In this document: one piece after another, positions 15,748-24,586 of the stretch
Layout of the letters: every line of letters starts with the position of its first letter
Numbering within the stretch: position 1 is the first letter of the stretch
Assembly (NCBI GenBank): GCA_964611355.1
Contig: CAZSYD010000001.1
Span: 2,745-66,744 of the forward strand
Reading direction: 5' to 3'
From: an uncultured Ignavibacteriales bacterium
GTDB taxonomy: Bacteria > Zixibacteria > MSB-5A5 > GN15 > JAAZOE01
DNA length: 64,000 nt
Program-made: the position numbers and the translations under genes
Notes under the pieces: model-generated
What the model was told of the DNA's origin: nothing
The model's input: the letters and a program-made list of their open reading frames with translations, nothing else
Database searches by the model: none

Positions 15748-17142
15748 GTGGCCGAAGGCATGATCCATGACAACTGCGGGATTTTCGGCATCTTTGGTCC
15801 CAGAAAGGCCGCCGAACTGACCTACTTCGGTCTTTACGCCCTTCAGCATCGTGGCCAGGAATCGGCCGGAATCGTTACCGCCAACAACAACCGGTTGAAT
15901 CTCTACAAGGGAATGGGCCAGGTCTCTGAGGTTTTTGCCGACAAATCAATCTTCGACAAGCTCAAAGGGAAAATCGCCATCGGCCATAACCGATACAGCA
16001 CCACCGGTGCCAACTCCATCACCAACATTCAGCCGTTTGTCATCACCAATCGCGACAGAATGCTGGCCGTGGCGCATAACGGCAACCTGACCAATTCCAT
16101 AATGTTAAAGAAAAAACTGGAAGCCGGCGGCTCCATTTTTCAAACCACTTCAGATTCCGAGATAGTTCTTCATCTGGTGGCCAGGTCGAAAGCGGAAGAT
16201 AACTTCAGCAAGGTTTGCGACGCCGTTAAAAAGTTAAAAGGAGCATACTGCTACCTGTTTTGCGGTGAGGACAGCATCATCGCCGCCCGCGATCCATGGG
16301 GGTTCCGTCCTCTGGTTTTGGGGCACCTCAACGGCCACTGGGTAGTTGCCTCCGAAACCTGCGCCTTCGATATAATCGGAGCAAGGTACAAGCGGGATAT
16401 TGAGCCGGGCGAGGTATTGGAAATATCCGCCGACGGCCTGCGTTCCGAATTCCCTAACCGCAAACATAAACACGCCTTCTGCATTTTTGAGTATATCTAT
16501 TTTTCCCGGCCCGATTCGATTGTTTTCGGAGAAAACGTCGACAAGGTGCGCCGCCGTCTGGGACAGCTTTTGGCCCGGGAACATCCGGCTGACGCCGATA
16601 TCGTCATGAGTATTCCCGATTCGGCCAACACCGCCGCCCTCGGCTTCTCGGAAGAATCCGGGATCAAGTTCGAGATCGGCTTTATCCGCAACCATTATGT
16701 CGGTCGCTCGTTTATCGATCCGGAACAGAGAATTCGCGACCTTGACGTCAAAGTCAAGTTCAATCCTGTCAAGGGAGTCATCAAAGGCAAGCGGGTTGTC
16801 CTGGTGGACGATTCCATTGTGCGCGGCACAACGTCAAAAAAGCTGGTTCAGTTAATCCGCAATGCCGGCGCCAAAGAGATTCATTTTCGGGTTTCGGCCC
16901 CGCCGATTATTTCCCCGTGTTATTTCGGTATCGACATGCCGACCAAAGAGGAATTTATTGCCAACCAGAAAACCATTGAACAGATTCGCCGCTTTATCGG
17001 CGTGGAATCATTGGGGTATTTGTCGGTCAAGGGAATGCTTTCGATGCCGTCTTTGCCGGATGATGATTTTTGCGTCGGCTGCTTCACTGGCAAATATCCG
17101 CTCAAGATACAGGCTTTAAGCAACAAGATGCGGTTGGGGTAG
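15748..17142 (+). CDS. purF: Amidophosphoribosyltransferase
   Basis: Ntn-type CGIFGIFG near the N-terminus, PRTase motif VVLVDDSIVRGTT, and C-terminal Cys ligands (CVGCFTGKYP). GTG start with a ggag SD; an ATG at 15760 is an alternative. Confidence 0.93.
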   Translation: MAEGMIHDNCGIFGIFGPRKAAELTYFGLYALQHRGQESAGIVTANNNRLNLYKGMGQVSEVFADKSIFDKLKGKIAIGHNRYSTTGANSITNIQPFVITNRDRMLAVAHNGNLTNSIMLKKKLEAGGSIFQTTSDSEIVLHLVARSKAEDNFSKVCDAVKKLKGAYCYLFCGEDSIIAARDPWGFRPLVLGHLNGHWVVASETCAFDIIGARYKRDIEPGEVLEISADGLRSEFPNRKHKHAFCIFEYIYFSRPDSIVFGENVDKVRRRLGQLLAREHPADADIVMSIPDSANTAALGFSEESGIKFEIGFIRNHYVGRSFIDPEQRIRDLDVKVKFNPVKGVIKGKRVVLVDDSIVRGTTSKKLVQLIRNAGAKEIHFRVSAPPIISPCYFGIDMPTKEEFIANQKTIEQIRRFIGVESLGYLSVKGMLSMPSLPDDDFCVGCFTGKYPLKIQALSNKMRLG

Positions 17143-17241
17143 GTTTGCTCGAATCGGTGAGTTTATTTTTAATTATGCCGCAGTTTTAGCAGGTTGGTGT
17201 TCCGAATGGACCGAAGCGAAATGAGAAACCCGACACCGAAT

Positions 17242-18699
17242 CTACATCATCATAAACACCGACGACGCAGCCAGTTTGAGGAAATAGCCGGGGAAGATGC
17301 CCAGACCGAGGGCTCCGGCGGCGGTAATTACTATCACCAGACCGACCGTCCAGGCCAGAGGGTAACCTGTTTCGACGACATCGGCCGATTCTTCCCGGTC
17401 AAAAAAGGCCGCCTTGAGCGGACGCAGGTAATAGTAAACTGATATCAGGCTGTTTAGAACCGCTGCGACCACCAGCCAGACCAGGCCGACCTTGACGGCG
17501 GCGGCAAAGATATAAAATTTCCCGATAAACCCGGCCGTCGGCGGAAAACCGGCCAGCGAAAACATGAACAGCGCCATAAAGATCGACAGCCAGGGATGCT
17601 TTATCGCCAGGCCTTTGTATGTATCGATATGATTAGAGCCGCCTTTCCTATTTTCCACAATGGTCACGATGGTAAATGCGCCCATGTTGAAAAAGCCGTA
17701 GGCCAAAAGGTAAAACAGCGCCGCCGAGACCGCTTCGGAGCCGCCGGCAGTGAGCGCCACAAGCAGATACCCGGCATGGGCGATTGAACTATAAGCCAGC
17801 ATCCGTTTGACGTCGTTTTGCATAACGGCCAGGACGTTGCCGATGGTCATGGTAAAGAAAGCCAGCATCCATAGAAGCGGCGCGAAAATACTGAAAACGC
17901 CTCCCAGTCCGATCAAAAGAATTCTAAGCAGAACCGCCACTCCGGCCGCCTTGGGGCCGATCGAGAAAAAGGCCGTTACCGGCGTCGGCGCGCCTTCATA
18001 GACGTCGGGCACCCACATATGGAACGGGAACGAGGCAATCTTAAAGCCAAAACCGATCAGAATCATGGCCGCGCCGATCAGAAAATAAAGCTGACTTTTC
18101 TGCATGGCCACGCCGGTCGAAATAAATATCTGCCGCAGATCAGTGGTGCCGGTGCCGCCGAATACCAGCGCGATCCCGTAAATGAAAAAGGCCGACGCAA
18201 AAGCGCCCATGAAGAAATACTTGGCCGCCGATTCGTTTGATTTCAGATTGGCCCTGTTAAATCCGGCCAATACATAAAGCGGCAATGACATTATTTCCAG
18301 CCCCAGGAAAATAACGATCAGGCTGGTCGAGGAAACCATGACCATCATTCCGGCAGTGGAGATAAGCATCAGGGCATAATATTCCGAGCGCGCCAGGTTT
18401 CGGCGAACCAGATAATCATGGGATAGAAGAACCGCCGTTCCGCAGGTTAGCAGAAAAATTATCTTGCAAAACAGGCTGAAGTTGTCGCAGAGGACCATGT
18501 CAAAGTAGCCGCTTTCGCCCTGATTCCACGATTTGACAACGAAGAAAAACGAAACCAGAACCGCCGCAAATGAAAAGACCGGGGCCAGCGAACGTCCTCT
18601 TACCAGAGGCAGGAAGACAAGAATAATAAAGGAAAAGACCAGAAGCGTAAGTTCCGGCGTGATAATGTTTATATTTATTGCGGCGCCCAACTGCGACAT
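17242..18699 (-). CDS. nuoN: NADH-quinone oxidoreductase subunit N
   Basis: 485-aa polytopic antiporter-like protein and the last gene of the nuo operon. Confidence 0.88.
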   Translation of the reverse strand: MSQLGAAININIITPELTLLVFSFIILVFLPLVRGRSLAPVFSFAAVLVSFFFVVKSWNQGESGYFDMVLCDNFSLFCKIIFLLTCGTAVLLSHDYLVRRNLARSEYYALMLISTAGMMVMVSSTSLIVIFLGLEIMSLPLYVLAGFNRANLKSNESAAKYFFMGAFASAFFIYGIALVFGGTGTTDLRQIFISTGVAMQKSQLYFLIGAAMILIGFGFKIASFPFHMWVPDVYEGAPTPVTAFFSIGPKAAGVAVLLRILLIGLGGVFSIFAPLLWMLAFFTMTIGNVLAVMQNDVKRMLAYSSIAHAGYLLVALTAGGSEAVSAALFYLLAYGFFNMGAFTIVTIVENRKGGSNHIDTYKGLAIKHPWLSIFMALFMFSLAGFPPTAGFIGKFYIFAAAVKVGLVWLVVAAVLNSLISVYYYLRPLKAAFFDREESADVVETGYPLAWTVGLVIVITAAGALGLGIFPGYFLKLAASSVFMMM

Positions 18700-18774
18700 A
18701 ACCCTCTCCGGGGATACTTTATTTTATCGTGCGGCTCACAGCCGCATTAGTATATATGGCAACGTCAATCATTA

Positions 18775-20343
18775 TCAATCACATCCCGTTTTAACCTCAG
18801 CCGTTCCCGGCGAAGAAATTTCAACAACGTCTTTCGACAGGCTTGCCTCGTAGGTGTTGCGGCCCGCCTCCACCTGCCGGATAACCGTTTTTACCGACGG
18901 TTCAAGAAGCCTGAAAAACGGCTTCGGATAAATCCCGATCCAGAAGACCATAATCACCAGAGGAATAAGGACAAGCTTCTCCCGAAGGTCAAGATCGACA
19001 AGCTTTTCGTTGGCCGCTTTGGTAATTTTGCCGTAAAATACCCGCTGGTACATCCAGAGCATATAGCAGGCGGCAAAGATTATCCCGGTGCCGCCAAGAA
19101 TAGCATAAACCTTGTTGTACGACCAAGCCCCGAGGAGAATTAAAAATTCGCCCACAAAGCCGTTGGTGCCGGGCACGCCGATCGATGACAGCATGATAAT
19201 CATAAAAAAGGTCGAATAGACAGGCAGTCGGCCGGCCAGGCCGCCGTATTCGGAAATCAGCCGGGTGTGGCGCCGTTCGTAGATCATCCCAACCAGAATA
19301 AACAGCGCCCCTGTCGAAATGCCGTGGTTAATCATCTGGATCATCGACCCCTGCATCCCCTGCAGATTCAGGGTCATCATGCCCAGCATGATAAACCCCA
19401 TATGCGATACCGATGAAAAGGCCACCAGCGATTTAATATCTTTCTGCACCATCGCCACGAGTGCGCCGTATATGATGCCGATCACAGCCAGTACCGAAAT
19501 CACCGGCATAAACTCAAAGGTGGCGATCGGGAACAGCGGCAGGCAGAACCGGATAAAACCATAGACGCCCATCTTCAGGAGAATACCGGCCAGAATCACC
19601 GAACCGGCGGTCGGGGCTTCGACGTGAGCGTCCGGCAACCAGGTATGGAACGGCCACATCGGTATCTTGATAGCAAAGGCCAGGCCGAAGGCGGCAAAAA
19701 GCCACAACTGCATCTCGCGCGCCAGCGGCATGCCGGTAATTTTCATCAGATCGAAAGTATATTCGCCGAACAATGCGTGATACTGGAAGTAAAGCACGAT
19801 CAGCGCCACAAGCATCAGAAGCGAACCGACCATGGTAAACAGCACGAACTTGATGGCCGCATACATCCGCCGTGCCCCGCCCCAGATACCGATAAGAAAA
19901 TACATCGGGACCAGCATCACTTCCCAGAAGACATAGAACAGGAACATATCCATCGAAGCAAAGACGCCCAGCATGCCGGTTTCAAGAAGCAGGATCATGG
20001 CGAAGAAGGCTTTGTGCGCCCGTTCGACCGCCTTGAAAGCCGAAAGCACCGCAATCATGGTCAGAAAAGTCGTCAGGACAATAAGCAGAAGTGATATGCC
20101 GTCAATGCCCAGATGATAGCTGATGCCCAGTTGCTCTATCCAGGATACGTTGATCTCAAACTGCATCCCGGTAGCGATCGGGTCGAAATAGAAGATCAGG
20201 TAAAGCGACGAAATAAAAGTCATCAAAGAGAAAAACAGGGCGCTGTGGCGAATCGATACCTGGTCGTCCTTCGGGATAAGAAGAATAAAAAACATCCCGA
20301 CCAGCGGCAGGAAAGTAACAATCGTAAGAATCCAGCTTTCCAT
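18775..20343 (-). CDS. nuoM: NADH-quinone oxidoreductase subunit M
   Basis: 522-aa antiporter-like membrane protein between nuoL and nuoN. Confidence 0.9.
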   Translation of the reverse strand: MESWILTIVTFLPLVGMFFILLIPKDDQVSIRHSALFFSLMTFISSLYLIFYFDPIATGMQFEINVSWIEQLGISYHLGIDGISLLLIVLTTFLTMIAVLSAFKAVERAHKAFFAMILLLETGMLGVFASMDMFLFYVFWEVMLVPMYFLIGIWGGARRMYAAIKFVLFTMVGSLLMLVALIVLYFQYHALFGEYTFDLMKITGMPLAREMQLWLFAAFGLAFAIKIPMWPFHTWLPDAHVEAPTAGSVILAGILLKMGVYGFIRFCLPLFPIATFEFMPVISVLAVIGIIYGALVAMVQKDIKSLVAFSSVSHMGFIMLGMMTLNLQGMQGSMIQMINHGISTGALFILVGMIYERRHTRLISEYGGLAGRLPVYSTFFMIIMLSSIGVPGTNGFVGEFLILLGAWSYNKVYAILGGTGIIFAACYMLWMYQRVFYGKITKAANEKLVDLDLREKLVLIPLVIMVFWIGIYPKPFFRLLEPSVKTVIRQVEAGRNTYEASLSKDVVEISSPGTAEVKTGCD

Positions 20344-20349
20344 CGCTTC

Positions 20350-22272
20350 TTACCTCACCACCAGGAATCCGATTACCACCACCGCGCCGACCACGAAAAC
20401 GGTCATGTAGGCGCGCACGTATCCGGTCTGCATACGACGGAAGGTTTCCGACATATCCCCCACCAGTCGGGCCAGCCCGTTGGCGATGCCGTCGATCAAG
20501 AAAACGTCGATTATTTTCCAGAGGAAAATGGAACCGTTGACCACCGGCCGCACTATCGTTGCGCCGTAGAACTCGTCAACATAATACTTGTTGAGGATTA
20601 TCCGGTACAATCCCTCCATCGACTGCCGCAGCGACGTGACTTTGTCGATATTTTTCCGATAGAGATAATAAGCCAGGTAAATCGAGACCAGAACCAGCAC
20701 GAAGGTTATCGCCATCAGGGCGTATTCCAACGAAGAACTGTGATGGACTTCGTGGCCGCTCAGGGGGATGTGAGCCATAACCGGTTCGAGAAATTTCTCA
20801 AACCAGGCTCCGCCACGGAGGACATGCGGTATCCCGACCCAACCGCCGACAAACGACAACACCGCCAGAATAATAAGCGGCATGGTCATCACTTTCGGCG
20901 ATTCATGGATATGCTCGGCGGTCTGCCGATCATAGCGTCCTTCGCCGAAGAAAGTCAAATAAAGCAGGCGGAACATATAAAAGGCAGTCAATGCCGCCGT
21001 GATAACTCCAACCAGCCAGAAGATAATATGGCCGTGACCGGATGAGAATGATTTCCAGAGGATTTCATCTTTGGAGAAAAACCCGGAAAAAAGCGGTATG
21101 CCGGTTATTGCCAGAGTACCCACCAGGAAGGTTTTATACGTTATCGGCAGGCTTTTCTTCAGGCCGCCCATCCGGCGCATATCCTGCTCCGCCGACAAGG
21201 CATGAATCACCGAGCCGGAACCGAGAAATAAAAGAGCCTTGAAGAAAGCGTGCGTCATCAGGTGGAAAATACCGGCAGTGAAGGCGGCCACACCGCAGGC
21301 CATCATCATATATCCAAGCTGGCTGATGGTGGAATAGGCCAGCACGCGTTTGATATCGTTTTGCGCCAGACCGATAGTGGCCGCCACAAAGGCGGTGACG
21401 CATCCGATGACGGCCGTTACAAGCATCGTTGTCGGCGCCATCAGGAAAAGGAAGTTAAGCCGCACCAGCATATAGACGCCGGCGGTGACCATGGTGGCGG
21501 CGTGAATTAAGGCCGACACCGGCGTGGGGCCTTCCATAGCATCGGGAAGCCAGATATACAGCGGAATCTGGGCCGATTTGCCGGTGGCTCCGAAAAGGAG
21601 AAGCAGCGTCGCCGCCGTCACCAGCCCGCCGCCAAAGACGAACGCTTCGGGGGCAACATGCTGCAGTTCGGTAAACTGAAACGTCCCCGCCGCCCAGAAG
21701 ATAATAAAACCGCCGAGCAAAAAGCCAAAATCGCCGATACGGTTGACGATGAAAGCCTTGTTTCCCGCGTCCGTAGCCGATTTCTTATCGAACCAGAACG
21801 CGATAAGAAGGTAACTGCAGAGACCGACGCCTTCCCAGCCTATGAACAGCAGAATCAGGTTGTTGCTCATAACAAGCGTCAGCATCGAAAACATAAACAG
21901 GTTCATGTATATGAAGAACCGCTTGATGCCGGGATCGTGGGCCATATACCCGATGGAATAAACATGAATGATAAAGCCGACGCAGGATACCACCATTATC
22001 ATGACGGACGACAGCGGATCAAGCAGGAAGGCAATGTCAAGATTCAGCGACCCGACCGGTATCCATGAAAAGAGCACCTGTTCGACAAGGCGATGTTCAG
22101 GTTCAAGCCCCAGGAGCTTAAAGAAAAGAATCACCGAAAAGACAAATGACAATCCGACCGAACCGACAGCCAGCGTTTGTACGACGCCTTTGGACAAACG
22201 GGTACGAAAGATTCCGTTTATTACGAAACCGAGAAGCGGCAGAAGCGGCACTATATACAGATAATCAAACAT
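20350..22272 (-). CDS. nuoL: NADH-quinone oxidoreductase subunit L
   Basis: 640-aa antiporter-like membrane protein with a long C-terminal extension, in the expected operon position. Confidence 0.9.
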   Translation of the reverse strand: MFDYLYIVPLLPLLGFVINGIFRTRLSKGVVQTLAVGSVGLSFVFSVILFFKLLGLEPEHRLVEQVLFSWIPVGSLNLDIAFLLDPLSSVMIMVVSCVGFIIHVYSIGYMAHDPGIKRFFIYMNLFMFSMLTLVMSNNLILLFIGWEGVGLCSYLLIAFWFDKKSATDAGNKAFIVNRIGDFGFLLGGFIIFWAAGTFQFTELQHVAPEAFVFGGGLVTAATLLLLFGATGKSAQIPLYIWLPDAMEGPTPVSALIHAATMVTAGVYMLVRLNFLFLMAPTTMLVTAVIGCVTAFVAATIGLAQNDIKRVLAYSTISQLGYMMMACGVAAFTAGIFHLMTHAFFKALLFLGSGSVIHALSAEQDMRRMGGLKKSLPITYKTFLVGTLAITGIPLFSGFFSKDEILWKSFSSGHGHIIFWLVGVITAALTAFYMFRLLYLTFFGEGRYDRQTAEHIHESPKVMTMPLIILAVLSFVGGWVGIPHVLRGGAWFEKFLEPVMAHIPLSGHEVHHSSSLEYALMAITFVLVLVSIYLAYYLYRKNIDKVTSLRQSMEGLYRIILNKYYVDEFYGATIVRPVVNGSIFLWKIIDVFLIDGIANGLARLVGDMSETFRRMQTGYVRAYMTVFVVGAVVVIGFLVVR

Positions 22273-22276
22273 ACCC

Positions 22277-22582
22277 TTACCATTTCATCAGGTTGAGAAA
22301 GTCGGCATTGACCGATTCCCGGTTGCGGAATATGGCGATGATAATAGCTAATCCCACCCCGGCTTCGGCGGCGGCCACCGTCATCACCAGGAAAACAAAA
22401 ACATGCCCGTCCATAATACGGAGATAGCGCGAAAAGGCGATCAGCGCCAGGTTGCCGGCGTTAAGCATTATCTCAATCGCCATAAACATGATAATCATGT
22501 TGCGTGAAACAAGCACGCCGATGGTTCCGATAGCAAACAGAAAGGCCGACAAAATGATATAATAATCAAGCGGTACGGTCAT
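22277..22582 (-). CDS. nuoK: NADH-quinone oxidoreductase subunit K
   Basis: 101 aa with 3 TM helices, in the expected operon position. Confidence 0.88.
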   Translation of the reverse strand: MTVPLDYYIILSAFLFAIGTIGVLVSRNMIIMFMAIEIMLNAGNLALIAFSRYLRIMDGHVFVFLVMTVAAAEAGVGLAIIIAIFRNRESVNADFLNLMKW

Positions 22583-22583
22583 T

Positions 22584-23075
22584 TTAATGCCCCTTCCTGG
22601 TCATAACCACCGCGCCGATGATGGCGGCCAGAAGCAATATCGAGGTCAATTCAAATGGATAGACAAACTTGCCGTATAACAGCCGGGCCACTTCGGGCAC
22701 CGAGCCAAAAGTTTCGTCCACGCCGGCAAAACGAGTCATTCTTCCCATAGTAATCCAAACCAGTTCCGCCAGAAGGACAATACCGAATACCCACGCCCAG
22801 GGTTTTAGTCTGCCCAGCGTATCGACTCCAAGATCGGCGTAGCGGATATTGAGCATCATAACGACGAATAAAAACAGCACCAGGATCGCCCCGCCGTAGA
22901 TAAGAACCAGAAAAGCCGCCACAAACAGCCCGGACAGCATCACATAGAGCACCGACTGAGCCATGATCGAGAGTAACAGATAAAGGATACTGCCGACCGG
23001 GTTTTTGACCGTAATGACCATAACGGCCGAGGCGAGAGCAATAACCGCCGCCACGATGAAAACCAGCATTTCCAC
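22584..23075 (-). CDS. nuoJ: NADH-quinone oxidoreductase subunit J
   Basis: 163-aa membrane protein in the expected operon position. Confidence 0.85.
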   Translation of the reverse strand: MEMLVFIVAAVIALASAVMVITVKNPVGSILYLLLSIMAQSVLYVMLSGLFVAAFLVLIYGGAILVLFLFVVMMLNIRYADLGVDTLGRLKPWAWVFGIVLLAELVWITMGRMTRFAGVDETFGSVPEVARLLYGKFVYPFELTSILLLAAIIGAVVMTRKGH

Positions 23076-23102
23076 TATTTGGAACCTCTCCCTGACATCA
23101 GC

Positions 23103-23591
23103 TTAGTAGTATCTCCTTGTCTTCCGGTAAATCTTTTTATAAGGACGATCCTCGCGGGGATGCTCAACCAGCATATCCTCCTTGGTGCGTATAAATTTGT
23201 CCCGGTGATCGTCCGCCAGTTCGTATTCATGCCCCAGAAATATGGCCTCCTCAGGACAGGCCTCTTCGCAGAAGCCGCAGAATATACAGCGGATGATATT
23301 TATCTCATAGACTTTCGCGTACCTTTCGCCTTTTTCATTTTCTGCCGGTTCCATGTAAATAGCGTCAGCCGGACATGCGGCCGCGCACAGCCCGCAGCAT
23401 ACGCAGCGTTCGGTGCCGTCGTCGTATCGCTCAAGATAGTGAAGTCCCTTATAACGTGGCGCCATTTCGTATTTGACCCGGGGATATTTCCGGGTTACCG
23501 GCTTGTATAACAGATGCTTTACCGTGGTGGACAGCCCGACCGGTAAGGCCACAAACGTTGTCTTTACTATGTCCCAAAAAGCTCGCCACAT
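23103..23591 (-). CDS. nuoI: NADH-quinone oxidoreductase subunit I
   Basis: Two 4Fe-4S ferredoxin motifs, CVCCGLCAAACP and CIFCGFCEEACP. Confidence 0.92.
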   Translation of the reverse strand: MWRAFWDIVKTTFVALPVGLSTTVKHLLYKPVTRKYPRVKYEMAPRYKGLHYLERYDDGTERCVCCGLCAAACPADAIYMEPAENEKGERYAKVYEINIIRCIFCGFCEEACPEEAIFLGHEYELADDHRDKFIRTKEDMLVEHPREDRPYKKIYRKTRRYY

Positions 23592-23593
23592 AG

Positions 23594-24586
23594 TTATATC
23601 ACATACATAATGAAACCGGTTACCAGAACATTGGCCAGGGCCAGCGGGAAGAGAACCTTCCAGCCGAGTTCCATAAGCTGGTCATACCGTAAACGAGGAA
23701 AGGTCGCCCGAATCCAGATATAGAATATCATGAAAAAGACGACTTTAATTAGCAGCCAGACCGGAGCCGGGAAAAACGGCCCCTGCCAGCCGCCGAAAAA
23801 TAAAGTCGAAGCCACGGCGGAAACGGTCAGCATATTGGCGTATTCGCCTATGAAAAACATCGAAAATCGCATCGACGAGTACTCGGTATGGTATCCCGCC
23901 ACCAGTTCCGATTCCGCCTCGGGCATATCGAACGGGGCGCGATTGGTTTCGGCCATGCCGCAAATCCAGAATATTAAAAAGGCAACCGGATTTTTGAACA
24001 CATACCAGTCCAGCACCGAGGCCTGCTGGTTGACCAGTTCTGTCAGCGACAACGTTCCCGCTATCATAATAACCGGAACAATCGACAGGCCATAGGCGAC
24101 CTCGTATGAAATCATCTGGGCCGAACTGCGGATACCTCCCAGAAGAGAATACTTGGAACCGGACGACCAGCCCGCCAGCGCCAAACCGTAAACGCTCAGC
24201 GACGTCGTCGCCAGGATAAACAGAATGCCGATGTTAAGATCTGATATCGTCAGCGGTATTTCGTATCCGAAAAGCTGAATCGGCGGTCCGATCGGCACCA
24301 CGGCAAAAGCAAGGAAACCGGGTATAAAGGCAATCAAAGGCGCCGCCGCCATAAAGATTTTCTCAGCCTGACCGGGAACAACGTCTTCTTTGAAGATCAG
24401 CTTAAGACCGTCGGCAATCGGCTGAAACAGGCCGAAAGGCCCGACATACGTCGGTCCCATCCGATGCTGCAAATGCCCCAGGAGCTTGCGTTCCAGCCAG
24501 GTAGCGTAAGCGCAGCCGGTGACGACCGCCACGAAAATGACGATAACCTTGACGACAATGAGTATGTAATACATCAGGTCAGCCAT
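23594..24586 (-). CDS. nuoH: NADH-quinone oxidoreductase subunit H
   Basis: 330-aa polytopic protein with NuoH/ND1-like segments (GLFQPIADGLKLIFKED, NRAPFDMPEAESELVAGYHTEYS). Confidence 0.92.
   Translation of the reverse strand: MADLMYYILIVVKVIVIFVAVVTGCAYATWLERKLLGHLQHRMGPTYVGPFGLFQPIADGLKLIFKEDVVPGQAEKIFMAAAPLIAFIPGFLAFAVVPIGPPIQLFGYEIPLTISDLNIGILFILATTSLSVYGLALAGWSSGSKYSLLGGIRSSAQMISYEVAYGLSIVPVIMIAGTLSLTELVNQQASVLDWYVFKNPVAFLIFWICGMAETNRAPFDMPEAESELVAGYHTEYSSMRFSMFFIGEYANMLTVSAVASTLFFGGWQGPFFPAPVWLLIKVVFFMIFYIWIRATFPRLRYDQLMELGWKVLFPLALANVLVTGFIMYVI

Noticed and set aside
20113-21045. Long ORFs antisense to well-supported genes. Examples are 20113-21045(+), 27771-28571(+), 36109-37281(+), 38672-39511(+), 51794-52777(-) and 53557-54468(-).
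   Set aside because: Each lies entirely opposite a gene with strong family motifs (nuoL/M, nuoF, GT4, GH13, rnr, sigma54 activator). Their translations are Arg/Pro/Gly-rich and motif-free, as expected for shadow ORFs in GC-rich coding DNA.
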